Source: Candidatus Hydrogenedentota bacterium
GTDB lineage: Bacteria > Hydrogenedentota > Hydrogenedentia > Hydrogenedentales > SLHB01
Assembly: GCA_045863335.1 (NCBI GenBank)
Contig: BTVY01000016.1
Location: forward strand, 41,683-105,682
Direction: 5' to 3'
Length of the DNA: 64,000 bases
Part shown: piece after piece, positions 9,643-18,962 of the stretch
Layout of the letters: every line of letters starts with the position of its first letter
How positions within the stretch are numbered: the first letter of the stretch is position 1
Made by a program: the position numbers and the translations under genes
The notes under the pieces: generated by a model
What the model was told of the DNA's origin: nothing
The model's input: the letters and a program-made list of their open reading frames with translations, nothing else
The model's database searches: none

Positions 9643-10398
9643 TTACAGCGACAATGCCCACTCGTTCAACGCGTTCAAGGCCGCGTAGTTCGTGACGTCG
9701 CGGTGAAGCGGCGTCACGCTCACTTTCCGGTGCTCGACGGCCTCGAAGTCCGTACCTTCTTCTTCCACATGGCTGGGCTCGGCCCCGCCGATCCAGTAAT
9801 ACGCGCCGCCGCGCGGGTCTTCGCGGCGCACGATCTCGTCCTGGTAATCCCGCTTGCCCATGCGCGTGACCGCCACGCCGCGCAGTTCCTCGTAGGGCAG
9901 GTCGGGCACGTTCACATTCAACACCGTGTCCTTCGGCAGCCGCTGCCGCAGTAAGGACTCCGCTACAGCCCGGGCAACGCGTCCCGCCGTCTCCATGTGG
10001 ACCGGCGAATACGACACGTCCGAGATGGCAAACGAGCAAATGCCCAGGAGCATGCCCTCGTACGCCCCCGCAACCGTGCCGGAGTACGTCACGTCATCGC
10101 CGAGGTTCGCACCGGGATTCACTCCCGAAACCACCAGGTCCGGCTTGCGGGCCAGCAGGTCGCGCACGGCCAACATGACGCAGTCTGTCGGCGTGCCGTC
10201 CACCATATACCAGCGCTCCCGCAGTTCGTGGACCCGCAATGGCCGATGGAGCGAAACGCCGTGTCCAACGGCGCTCTGCTGGCGGTCGGGAGCATAAACC
10301 CACACCTCGCCCAACGGCTCCAGCGCATCGGCGAGAATCTTGATTCCCGGCGCCTGGATTCCGTCGTCGTTCGTTACGAGGATTAGGGGTTTTTCCAT
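9643..10398 (-). CDS. surE: 5'/3'-nucleotidase SurE
   Basis: ILVTNDDG, GTPTDCV, SGVNPGANLG, YSGTVAGA; start placed at MEKPL (10398). Confidence 0.97.
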   Translation of the reverse strand: MEKPLILVTNDDGIQAPGIKILADALEPLGEVWVYAPDRQQSAVGHGVSLHRPLRVHELRERWYMVDGTPTDCVMLAVRDLLARKPDLVVSGVNPGANLGDDVTYSGTVAGAYEGMLLGICSFAISDVSYSPVHMETAGRVARAVAESLLRQRLPKDTVLNVNVPDLPYEELRGVAVTRMGKRDYQDEIVRREDPRGGAYYWIGGAEPSHVEEEGTDFEAVEHRKVSVTPLHRDVTNYAALNALNEWALSL

Positions 10399-10597
10399 GA
10401 ATTCCACCGGGGTTGGTCGAATCACTTGTTCGCGTGCGCCGGACTGGATTCCCTCTGCATACGCAGAAGCTCGCTAGATATAGCACAATAAATGGTAGAA
10501 ACTCAAATGCGACTCCCCATGGCGCTTAGGTCGGACGCCCGGATCGACTACAGATCCGTCCCCGGGATCGGGCCAATCTCGCTATTCGCACTTTAGC

Positions 10598-10626
10598 ATG
10601 CAACGGGTCATCCGGTGTGTTATAAT
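10598..10626 (+). promoter_or_regulatory. Putative sigma70 promoter with extended -10
   Basis: TGt-TATAAT at 10618-10626; ATGCAA 17 bp upstream of the -10. Confidence 0.5.
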
Positions 10627-10796
10627 CCCGTCGAGCCCATGAGGGTGTTTACGACCGGATCTCGGGGGAAGGACAAAACGACCCCTTTCACGAAGGTATC
10701 GCGCGGATTGCTCGGGATGAGTGGATTCTCGGTAGTCTCCTGGTGTAAACTTGGGGGGATAGACTACTAGTGCGCCAAGAAGGACAATAAGGCACG

Positions 10797-11177
10797 ATGA
10801 GCAAGCCGCGATTGTTGGTAGTGGACGACGAAGAGCACATTCGCTTCGCCCTCCACCGCTGGTTCGAAGCCTGTGGTTTCGATGTGGATCTCGCCGAGGA
10901 CGGCGACATCGCGGTGGGGAAGTGCAAATCCCGGAACTACGACGTCATCACCATGGACCTCGTCATGCCGCGCATGGACGGCGTGGCCGCCATTAGCGCC
11001 ATTCGCGATCTCGATCCCCATGTGCCCATCCTGGTGTTTTCCGGTTATCACGAGAAGGCTTCGGAAGCCGTCGAGACCGGCGCCACCCGCACACTTGCCA
11101 AACCGTTGACCCTGCATGAACTCGAGCGGGAAGTCCGCAGCGTCATGGTCGATCGGCATCACCCATCGAGAGACTAA
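10797..11177 (+). CDS. Single-domain response regulator (CheY-like receiver)
   Basis: LVVDDE, phosphoacceptor in MDLVMPRMDG, conserved S and KP; no output domain. Confidence 0.92.
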   Translation: MSKPRLLVVDDEEHIRFALHRWFEACGFDVDLAEDGDIAVGKCKSRNYDVITMDLVMPRMDGVAAISAIRDLDPHVPILVFSGYHEKASEAVETGATRTLAKPLTLHELEREVRSVMVDRHHPSRD

Positions 11178-11271
11178 GGTCCCGCCCCTTTACAACCGTC
11201 TCCGTTCTTGCATTTTTCGCTCCGGCACTCTAGGCTGCACCAAGTCTCGTGTGCTTGACCTGGAAGCCTCC

Positions 11272-12696
11272 ATGAAGCGAATCGATCTGCACTATCTGAT
11301 CCTCATGGGCATGGGAATCGGCCTCGTGGCGGGATTCGCCCTGCACCTTTGGGGCGATCCCGAGTCGGCCGGTTTTCAACAGACCATCTGGTGGCTGGAT
11401 CTGCTCGGCAAGGACGTTTTCATCGGCGGCCTGAAGATGATCATCGCGCCGTTGATTTTCGCCTCCATCGTAACAGGCGTGACCAGCCTGCCCAGCATGA
11501 CCGAAATCGGCGCCGTCGGATTGAAGACCTTCCTCTATTACTTCAGCACCACCGGCATCGCCGTCGCCATCGGTATCGTCGCCGTGATGATCGTGCAGCC
11601 CGGACACCGCGACGCTTCCCAAAACGTGCGCGAAGAGCGGGTCGCTGTCATGGACGAGTACCGGGACCTGTACCGGGAGCGCACCGGTAACGATCCCGGG
11701 ACGCCGGAGAACCGGGTCGACTTCCTCGCCTTTGTCAGCCAGCGGGACGGCGAACAGATTTCCGCGTCCGAGTTCCGCGAGAAGTTCGGGGCGATGCAGG
11801 AGGCCGAATCCCGCGGGCCGGGCGAACTGTTCCGGCAGGGACTGCTGCTGCCGATACTGACCAATCCGTTTACTGCCCTGTCCGAATCGCCGCCGAACAC
11901 GTTGGGCATTATCTTCTTCGCGCTGCTGACCGGCATCGCCTGCCTGGCCGTCGGGTCCGCGGCGGAGCCGGTTGTAGGGTTCTTCCGCGGATTCAATGAC
12001 ATCATGATGACCATCACGCTCTGGCTCATGCGGCTGGCGCCTATCTCCATCGGCTGCATTATCGCCTCCATGATCGCCACGCTGGGGTTCGACGCGCTGC
12101 AATCGCTCGGCTGGTACTGCATGACCGTCATCGGCGCCATCGGCGTCCATATCCTGGTCATTCTGACGCTGGTCGCTGTGGTCGGGCGCATGTCGCCCTT
12201 CGCTTTCCTCAAAGGCATACGCGACGCGTGGCTCATCGCGTTCACCACGACCTCGTCCGCGGCGACTTTGCCCATCACGATCCACCGGACCAAGGAAAAC
12301 TTGAAGGTGTCGCACAAGGTGGCGGACTTCACCCTCCCCGTCGGCGCCACGATGAATATGGACGGCACGGCGCTCTACGAAGGGGTGGCCATCATTTTTC
12401 TGATCCAGATGTACGGCGGCCTGGACGACGTGCTCGTGAGTCTGTCCGGCATCAACCTCTTCATCATCTTCGTGACCGCCGTATTCGCGTCCATCGGCGC
12501 CGCGGCCGTCCCGAGCGCGGGCCTCATCACCATGGCCATCGTCGCCAGCGCCGTGGGGTTGCCGCTCCACTACATCTACATCATCTACGCCGTCGATCAC
12601 CTGCTCGACATGTTCCGCACCTCTACCAACGTCATGGGCGACGCCGCCGGCGCCGTCATCGTCAACCGCCTCGAAGAAGGCCGGCTGGGAACGTAG
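11272..12696 (+). CDS. Dicarboxylate/amino acid:cation symporter (DAACS, GltP-like; probably Glu/Asp)
   Basis: TTTSSAATLP (HP1), NMDGT, DMFRTSTNV (Arg equivalent to GltPh R397); start at MKRIDL. Confidence 0.93.
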   Translation: MKRIDLHYLILMGMGIGLVAGFALHLWGDPESAGFQQTIWWLDLLGKDVFIGGLKMIIAPLIFASIVTGVTSLPSMTEIGAVGLKTFLYYFSTTGIAVAIGIVAVMIVQPGHRDASQNVREERVAVMDEYRDLYRERTGNDPGTPENRVDFLAFVSQRDGEQISASEFREKFGAMQEAESRGPGELFRQGLLLPILTNPFTALSESPPNTLGIIFFALLTGIACLAVGSAAEPVVGFFRGFNDIMMTITLWLMRLAPISIGCIIASMIATLGFDALQSLGWYCMTVIGAIGVHILVILTLVAVVGRMSPFAFLKGIRDAWLIAFTTTSSAATLPITIHRTKENLKVSHKVADFTLPVGATMNMDGTALYEGVAIIFLIQMYGGLDDVLVSLSGINLFIIFVTAVFASIGAAAVPSAGLITMAIVASAVGLPLHYIYIIYAVDHLLDMFRTSTNVMGDAAGAVIVNRLEEGRLGT

Positions 12697-13114
12697 ATTT
12701 GTTTCGCCGCTCTGTCCGTAATCCCGTAAGCTGTGTCTGTCCCAGTCGGCAGTGCGCAAATTCAACCGACAGCACGAATACTCCGGACGGCCCCAGTTCT
12801 ATTGGCTGACGAGATAGTAGATCAGGACAAATCCGGCAAAGCCCCCCGCGTTTTCGGCGTGAAAGCCGTAGAGAAAGGCCGCTCCGGCGAACGCACCCCA
12901 AGGTGTTCACAACAGTACCGTCGCGGCAGGGCCTTAGTTCGCCGTTTGAATGCGGGCGATCAGAGCATCTTCATCGGGCGCGAAATCCGGTCGTACCGCA
13001 GGATTTCCTGGCGCTGCCATCCGATCATGAAAGATAGTCGAGATTAGCGAGTGACTGAACGAAACGGTAAGCCGTTGCCGCACTAATTGAGATGAATATC
13101 GGCCAGTCGTGAAG

Positions 13115-13609
13115 CTATTCTGGCAGGCCGGTGCGCGCCCCTACCTGCGATTTAATAAACCGGATTTGCTCGTCGGAAAAGGCGTCCGCAGGTAGAATGG
13201 CGGCGAGCAGCCGCCCAGCGAAGAGCATAAGGAAGCCCCCCGACTCTGTCACGCGAGTAAGTTGACTCCAATGGATTGTCCGATTTCCACAGTCCGACGC
13301 CCATGACATGCTCTCGTTAGAAATTATTACCGTGACCAGTGGATCGCGGATGAGCCTTGCACTGTCATGTGCCAATCGTTTCATATTGAGACGTGATTTA
13401 AGCGCGACCAAGCACATCAACAAACCAGTGACCGACGCAATGACACCAAGAGTAGTTTGGTCGTAGATGCTCACAATAAATCCGGCACAAAAAAACAATC
13501 CTCCGCTCACTACAAGAAAAGACAACCGCCCCACTGATAATCGATTGTGTGCAGCGATTGCTTGATATGCCAGATCCTCAGACCAATGATAGGTAATGGA
13601 TTCATTCAT
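13115..13609 (-). CDS. YcxB-like membrane protein
   Basis: Two TM segments then W..L..V.ES..LML...ILP..AF pattern; lower GC than flanks. Confidence 0.6.
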   Translation of the reverse strand: MNESITYHWSEDLAYQAIAAHNRLSVGRLSFLVVSGGLFFCAGFIVSIYDQTTLGVIASVTGLLMCLVALKSRLNMKRLAHDSARLIRDPLVTVIISNESMSWASDCGNRTIHWSQLTRVTESGGFLMLFAGRLLAAILPADAFSDEQIRFIKSQVGARTGLPE

Positions 13610-13834
13610 CCCATTGTTCCCGTTCCCGATTGATCTTCATTATGCACTTGCCATGCCGCTTGGTCGGCATTCCTCCCAAGGCCAGGACCGTTGGCGGGCA
13701 GAATCCATTTCCCTCCGCTTCGCCCAACTTCCCACCCTAACTGGGTTTACCGTAGCGTAGCTTTGCAGCGAATGCAAGAGGGCAACACATTAGCCAGACT
13801 TCAGCAAGGATCTGGTTCCCTACAGAGCGTTCTC

Positions 13835-14496
13835 TGCCCCGAAGGGGCGACAGATTGTAGCCCAACGTGGAGCGAAGCGGAACGTTGGGTCAGCAGGCAT
13901 CCTCTGTTCATTAAGCCCCGTAGGGGCGGCTGAATTGTTAATCCCAAATGTACCGTTCGTCGTATTCGATGTCGTGAGCTTTCAGGAGACGGAGGAACTC
14001 CGTTTTGAAGTCCTCCTTGCGATGGTGTTCCTGCTGCGTTTCGATGTAGGTCTTGACGCGATCGGTCTGCGATGCGCTCACGGTGAATGCGCCGTAACCA
14101 CTTTGCCATGCGAAGGCCCGCAATTCGGGGAAGGTGTCATGCACCCATTTGGAGCTACCGGCCTTCACATCGCGCAACAGATCGGCGACGGCCAACGTTT
14201 GGTGGATTCTCGCTAGGATGTGAATATGATCCTCTGTGCCACCGATGGACAACGCCACGCCGTTTTGGGAGCGAAGGATGCCACCCATGTATGGGTATAG
14301 GCGGTCACGGATGTCTTCGGTGATCCACTGGCGCCGATCTTTGGTCGAGAATACAAGATGGTAGAGCAGACAGGTGAAGGATTGGGGCATGATACCTCGC
14401 TTTCGCCCCGTCCGGGGCTCTGTGGTTGACGGGGCGGCTGACCCAGGGTTCCGCTTCACTCCACCCTGGGCTACAGTCCTCCGCCCCTCCGGGACT
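13835..14496. mobile_element. REP-flanked HUH tyrosine transposase locus (REPtron/RAYT-like, IS200/IS605 superfamily)
   Basis: About 95-bp mutually inverted flanks (13835-13930, 14402-14496), each with a GTAG-initiated hairpin and GCCCC..GGGGC hairpins; degenerate third copy at about 14600-14652. Confidence 0.8.
13938..14390 (-). CDS. tnpA: IS200/IS605-family (Y1) transposase
   Basis: YHLVFSTK, HUH motif DHIHIL, WQSGYGAFTVS, catalytic YIETQ; no tnpB. Confidence 0.93.
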   Translation of the reverse strand: MPQSFTCLLYHLVFSTKDRRQWITEDIRDRLYPYMGGILRSQNGVALSIGGTEDHIHILARIHQTLAVADLLRDVKAGSSKWVHDTFPELRAFAWQSGYGAFTVSASQTDRVKTYIETQQEHHRKEDFKTEFLRLLKAHDIEYDERYIWD

Positions 14497-14841
14497 AATA
14501 CTGGCTATCGTAGGTGGCCGTTGCGACAAACGCAAGGTGAGGGCGAAACTGATGGATGGCACGGACTGAATTCTGAAGATGTCCGGGGCTTGACTGCAGT
14601 TTTCCTCCCGTCCGGGGGTTCTGTAGTTGATGGGGTGGTTGACCCAAAGTTTCCAACCAACGCGTTCCATCTGCCGCGATTGGCCCGAATTCTTTCATTT
14701 CTTGCCACGTTCGTGGCACAATTCGTCCCTATTGTTTCCGTCAGCATTGTGCGACGGTTTTTTTGTCCCCCGCTGGGTGCGCATGGTTTGCATCCTTTGT
14801 AAGGGGCGATTCTTGCAACAAGTGTGTTTTCAGGAGCTTCG

Positions 14842-16758
14842 ATGAGCAGCATTAGTGTGAAATTGCCGGATGGTTCCACCCGGGAGTTGGAATCGGGGAG
14901 TACCGCGCTGGACTTGGCCCAGAGCATTGGGTCGCGGTTGGCGAAGGCCGCCACGGGCGCGCGGATCAATGGCGAAGTGAAGAGCCTGCCGACCCCGCTC
15001 AACGACGGCGATACGGTCGAGATCCTGACCTTCGACTCCCAGGAGGGGCGGAACGTGTTCCGGCACAGCGCGTCCCACGTGATGGCGTCGGCCATCATGC
15101 GGCTGCGGCCCAACACAAAGCTGGCTATCGGCCCGGCCATCGAAGATGGGTTCTATTACGACATCGACACCGATCCGCCTATCTCGGAAGAGGACTTCCC
15201 CGCCATCGAAGCGGAGATGGAGAAGATCGTCAAGGCCGACGAGGCCTTCGAGCGGCAGGAAGTGGCGAAGTCCGACGCGCTGGACCGGTTCAAGTCGAAT
15301 GACGACGTCTATAAGGTCGAACTCATCGAAGACCTGGAAGACGGCGCCATCACCTACTACCAGAATGGCGATTTCGTCGACCTCTGCCGGGGACCGCACC
15401 TGCCCTCCACGGGGCGAATCAAGGCCTTCAAACTGCTGAGCGTCGCGGGCGCGTACTGGCGCGGCGACGAGCGGCGTCCCATGTTGCAGCGGATCTACGG
15501 GACCGCCTTTCCGAGCAAGAAGGAACTGGACGAGTATCTGAAGTTCCGGGAAGAAGCGGAGAAACGCGATCACCGCAAACTCGGCAAGCAACTTGATCTC
15601 TTCAGCTTCCATCCCGTCGGCCCGGGGTTCCCCTTCTTCCACCCCAAGGGCATGATCGTGCTGAATGCCCTCATGGAATTCTGGCGCGAGGAGCATCGCA
15701 AACGCGGGTACGATGAGATTCGCACGCCCATCATCCTCGACCGTATCCTGTGGGAGCAGTCCGGCCATTGGGACCATTACAAAGAGAACATGTACTTCAC
15801 CCAAATCGACGAGCGCGATTTCGCGGTGAAACCCATGAACTGCCCCGGCGGCATGCTGGTGTACAAGTCCGATCTGCGGAGCTATCGCGATCTCCCCATG
15901 CGGATGGCCGAGGTGGGCACCGTCCACCGCCATGAGAAATCCGGCGTGCTGCACGGCCTTTCGCGGGTGCGCATGTTCACCCAGGACGACGCCCATCTCT
16001 TCATCACCCCCGAGCAGATCCGCGACGAGGTCATCGGCATCATCGATTTCGTGGACCACGTGTACAAGGCCTTCGGGTTCGACTATCACGTCGAGTTGAG
16101 CACCCGTCCCGAAGATTCCATCGGCACCGACGAGATGTGGGAAACGGCGACGTCCGGGCTCCGCGACGCCCTCGAATTCAAGGGCATGGAGTACAAGGTT
16201 AACGAGGGCGACGGGGCGTTCTACGGTCCCAAGATCGACTTCCACATCAAAGACTGCCTGAAGCGATCCTGGCAGTGCGCGACCATCCAGTTGGACTATG
16301 GCATGCCGGAAAAGTTTGATCTCGAATACACCGGCCCCGATGGAAACCGGCACCGTCCGGTGGTGATCCATCGTGTGATCTACGGGTCCATCGAACGGTT
16401 CTTCGGCATCCTCATCGAGCATTTTGCGGGCGCGTTCCCGCTGTGGCTCGCGCCGGTCCAGGCCGTGGTGGTCCCCGTGGCGACCGCCTTCGACGAATAT
16501 GCGAAGTCCGTGCGCGACCGTTTGTTCGCGGCGGGGCTGCGCGTGGAAGTCGACGACAGCACGGAGACCATGAAGTACAAAATCCGTGCCGCCCAGACCA
16601 GGCAGGTTCCCTACATGCTGGTCGTGGGCGAACGCGAGCAGGGAAGCGATTCCGTGGCCATTCGTCATCGCCGGAAGAGCGACATGGGCACCGCCACCGT
16701 GGCGGAAGTCATCGCGCGGCTCACCGAGGAAGTGGCCAACCAGAGCCTCGACGAGTAA
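14842..16758 (+). CDS. thrS: Threonine--tRNA ligase
   Basis: TGS, HSASH editing domain, DLCRGPH, KPMNCP, FYGPKID, anticodon-binding domain; AGGAG RBS. Confidence 0.99.
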   Translation: MSSISVKLPDGSTRELESGSTALDLAQSIGSRLAKAATGARINGEVKSLPTPLNDGDTVEILTFDSQEGRNVFRHSASHVMASAIMRLRPNTKLAIGPAIEDGFYYDIDTDPPISEEDFPAIEAEMEKIVKADEAFERQEVAKSDALDRFKSNDDVYKVELIEDLEDGAITYYQNGDFVDLCRGPHLPSTGRIKAFKLLSVAGAYWRGDERRPMLQRIYGTAFPSKKELDEYLKFREEAEKRDHRKLGKQLDLFSFHPVGPGFPFFHPKGMIVLNALMEFWREEHRKRGYDEIRTPIILDRILWEQSGHWDHYKENMYFTQIDERDFAVKPMNCPGGMLVYKSDLRSYRDLPMRMAEVGTVHRHEKSGVLHGLSRVRMFTQDDAHLFITPEQIRDEVIGIIDFVDHVYKAFGFDYHVELSTRPEDSIGTDEMWETATSGLRDALEFKGMEYKVNEGDGAFYGPKIDFHIKDCLKRSWQCATIQLDYGMPEKFDLEYTGPDGNRHRPVVIHRVIYGSIERFFGILIEHFAGAFPLWLAPVQAVVVPVATAFDEYAKSVRDRLFAAGLRVEVDDSTETMKYKIRAAQTRQVPYMLVVGEREQGSDSVAIRHRRKSDMGTATVAEVIARLTEEVANQSLDE

Positions 16759-16880
16759 CTCCCGGAGTATCGGTTGACGAACGATCGTCGCCCTTGATTG
16801 GGCGAAGACGTTCAGAAAAAAACCACAATCTGTCGAACTGGAATCCCTGATTTCGAGGATACGGCAGCAAGTACCCGCAG

Positions 16881-16908
16881 ATGGACCCCGCATTCGCGGG
16901 GGTGACGG
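16881..16908. repeat. REP-like hairpin (CCGTCACCCCCGCGAATGCGGGGTCCAT on the minus strand)
   Basis: Same family as the REP halves at 54298-54314 and 56012-56087. Confidence 0.75.
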
Positions 16909-17141
16909 AGGGGGCATGCCCCCAAGTGCTCGGAGACTTTGTCCAACTGCGATTGCGTTGGCAGGCGTCCAGGATCCCGGCATCGAAAACCCACTCCCTA
17001 AGAATGCCCAAAACGTGTATACTGTAAAAAGCAAGTGGGCGGATGGGCATGATGGATGCACTCCTTCTGTCCATCCATTTCTGGTCGTGTCCTGGCTGGA
17101 CGCGTGTGACACGTGGATTGGGATCAAGGGAGGGAATGCCT

Positions 17142-17492
17142 ATGGCTCTGGGTGGGATGAGTTCCGCCTGCATCAGTCACCCCGGCGTGGAGGCGGTGGG
17201 CCGGTGCAAGCAGTGCGGGAAACCGTTCTGCAACGCTTGTAAAGTCATGGGGCCGACGGGGCTGTTTTGCAGCGAGGAATGCAAACAGAAGCACGAGAGC
17301 TTCGTGCAGCGGGCCCAGCAGTTCGAATCGCGGAAAGGTTCCGTGAGCGTCATGGCGAAGGTTCGCAAGATGCTGGGCGGCCTCGTCGCGATCGTCATTC
17401 TTGCCATCATTCTCGGTGTGCTCGGCACCATCTTTGAGATTCCTGTTTTGAGCGATCTGGTTATACGCGTTCGAGACATCATTGGGGTGTAG
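17142..17492 (+). CDS. B-box-like zinc-finger membrane protein
   Basis: C..H......C..C....C..C and FCSEEC; C-terminal TM; GGAGG RBS at 17129-17133. Confidence 0.8.
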   Translation: MALGGMSSACISHPGVEAVGRCKQCGKPFCNACKVMGPTGLFCSEECKQKHESFVQRAQQFESRKGSVSVMAKVRKMLGGLVAIVILAIILGVLGTIFEIPVLSDLVIRVRDIIGV

Positions 17493-17569
17493 TCCTGATT
17501 TCTAACCACCCCGTTTGGGAGCTTATGAAACGCATACGGGCGGTGAGAAATGTGGAGTAGGAGGCAATC

Positions 17570-18025
17570 ATGGATTTAAGTGGATTGAAGTGGCCGTTGA
17601 TCATTGGCATCGTAGTTGTCGTCGGCTGGCTGGTTTCCGAGGGCGGCGTGAGTTTCATGTACAACAAATTCACGGCTACGCCCGTGGACCAACAGGATGC
17701 CGAACAACAGGAAGCGTACGAAGCGGGCCTGAGCCGTCTCGGCGGATTCCTCGTCAAGACGTTCCGGTACAAGAAGGCCGAGGAAGTGCTCAGTGAAGCG
17801 ATGATTCGCTATCCGGAAGGCACGAACTATCTGTACAATCGCTATCGTCTGGCGAAATGTGTGGAGAAGCAAGGGCGCTATGACGAGTGCGTCGCAATAC
17901 TCATCGACCTCCGCGACATGGGCGCCCACTCCTATGATGAACGGGTTCCCGAAGCCGATGTGCTCCAGCTGCGGATTGACAAGCTGGCGGAAACCCACGA
18001 ACTGGGAGAAGTCGGGCATATTTAA
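17570..18025 (+). CDS. Membrane-anchored TPR-like protein
   Basis: N-terminal TM; TPR-like helices (RYPEG..YRLAKCVEKQGRYDE); AGGAGG RBS. Confidence 0.75.
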   Translation: MDLSGLKWPLIIGIVVVVGWLVSEGGVSFMYNKFTATPVDQQDAEQQEAYEAGLSRLGGFLVKTFRYKKAEEVLSEAMIRYPEGTNYLYNRYRLAKCVEKQGRYDECVAILIDLRDMGAHSYDERVPEADVLQLRIDKLAETHELGEVGHI

Positions 18026-18076
18026 ACGCGACTTGCCGATGGTGCAACAGGCCGCACCCGAACTGGGGGTAGTACC

Positions 18077-18796
18077 TTGCGTGATCGGGTGATTGGCCGA
18101 ATTCCCGTATTGGAGTGCCTGCGCGCGAAGAAGCGGACCGCGCGCAGGCTCTTTTTGTTGCGTGACGCGAAAGGGCTGGAAGCGATTCGTGCCGCTGCAG
18201 GTCCGATTCCCGTGGAGGAGTGCTCGCGTCAGGACCTGGATAACCTCTCCAAGGGCGCGATCCATCAGGGGGTCGTGCTGGAAGCAGATCCCTTGCCGCG
18301 CGTTCCGCTGGACCGGTGGCTCGCCGGGTCGATTCCCGCGGATGCGGTCGTTATCATCCTCGACGGGGTCGAAGATCCCCACAATTTCGGCGCCATCGTG
18401 CGATCGGCCTCCGCCTGCGCGGCGAGCGCAGTGATTTTCGGCAAGGATCGTTCCGCGCCAATCTCGTCCGTGGCGATGAAAAGCGCCGCCGGCGCCATGG
18501 AGTACGTCGATCTCATCGAAGTGACGAACCTCGTGCGCGCCGTCGAAGCGCTGAAGAAGTCCGGCTTTTGGATCGCCGGGCTGGACGCCGATGCGGAACA
18601 GGATCTCTGGGACGCCGATTTGAAAGGCCGTATCGGGCTGGTCGTGGGAAGCGAAGGCAAAGGCGTGCGGCGTCTCATGACGAAGCACTGTGATTTTCAT
18701 CTGCGCATCCCGCTATCAGGGCCGATCACGTCCTTGAACGCGTCCGTCAGCGCCGCGATTGCGCTGGCCGAATGCGTCCGGCAGCGGCGTGGATAG
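18077..18796 (+). CDS. rlmB: 23S rRNA (guanosine2251-2'-O)-methyltransferase
   Basis: HQGVV, LDGVEDPHNFGAIVRS, GSEGKG, SLNASVSA SPOUT motifs. Confidence 0.93.
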   Translation: MRDRVIGRIPVLECLRAKKRTARRLFLLRDAKGLEAIRAAAGPIPVEECSRQDLDNLSKGAIHQGVVLEADPLPRVPLDRWLAGSIPADAVVIILDGVEDPHNFGAIVRSASACAASAVIFGKDRSAPISSVAMKSAAGAMEYVDLIEVTNLVRAVEALKKSGFWIAGLDADAEQDLWDADLKGRIGLVVGSEGKGVRRLMTKHCDFHLRIPLSGPITSLNASVSAAIALAECVRQRRG

Positions 18797-18824
18797 GGAG
18801 TAGTAGAATGGGAAAAATAGGGAC

Positions 18825-18942
18825 AGGAAAAATAGGAGGAAAAACAGGGACAGTCACCATTTTGTTGTTGATTGAATCAGAAACAACGCGGCGATCTAGT
18901 AACAAAATGGTGACTGTCCCTATTTTTCCTCCTATTTTTCCT
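18825..18942. repeat. Long near-perfect inverted repeat (MITE/REPIN-like, GGGACAGTCACC core)
   Basis: aggaaaaataggaggaaaaacagggacagtcaccattttgtt versus aacaaaatggtgactgtccctatttttcctcctatttttcct, 1 mismatch in about 42 bp. Confidence 0.85.
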
Positions 18943-18962
18943 ACTTTTCCGCGGGGCTACCG

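Noticed and set aside
12733-13047. 104-aa ORF or gene remnant after the symporter
   Set aside because: No RBS or motif; the region contains degenerate repeat fragments
14653-14841. T-box or anticodon-mimic operator upstream of thrS
   Set aside because: No T-box consensus; only one palindrome (TGCCACG-TT-CGTGGCA), which is insufficient evidence
14830-17127. Long antisense ORFs (765 aa here; also 7200-8750, 11230-12765, 37241-38794, 54374-56968)
   Set aside because: Shadow ORFs opposite well-supported genes, as expected in high-GC DNA; no recognisable motifs
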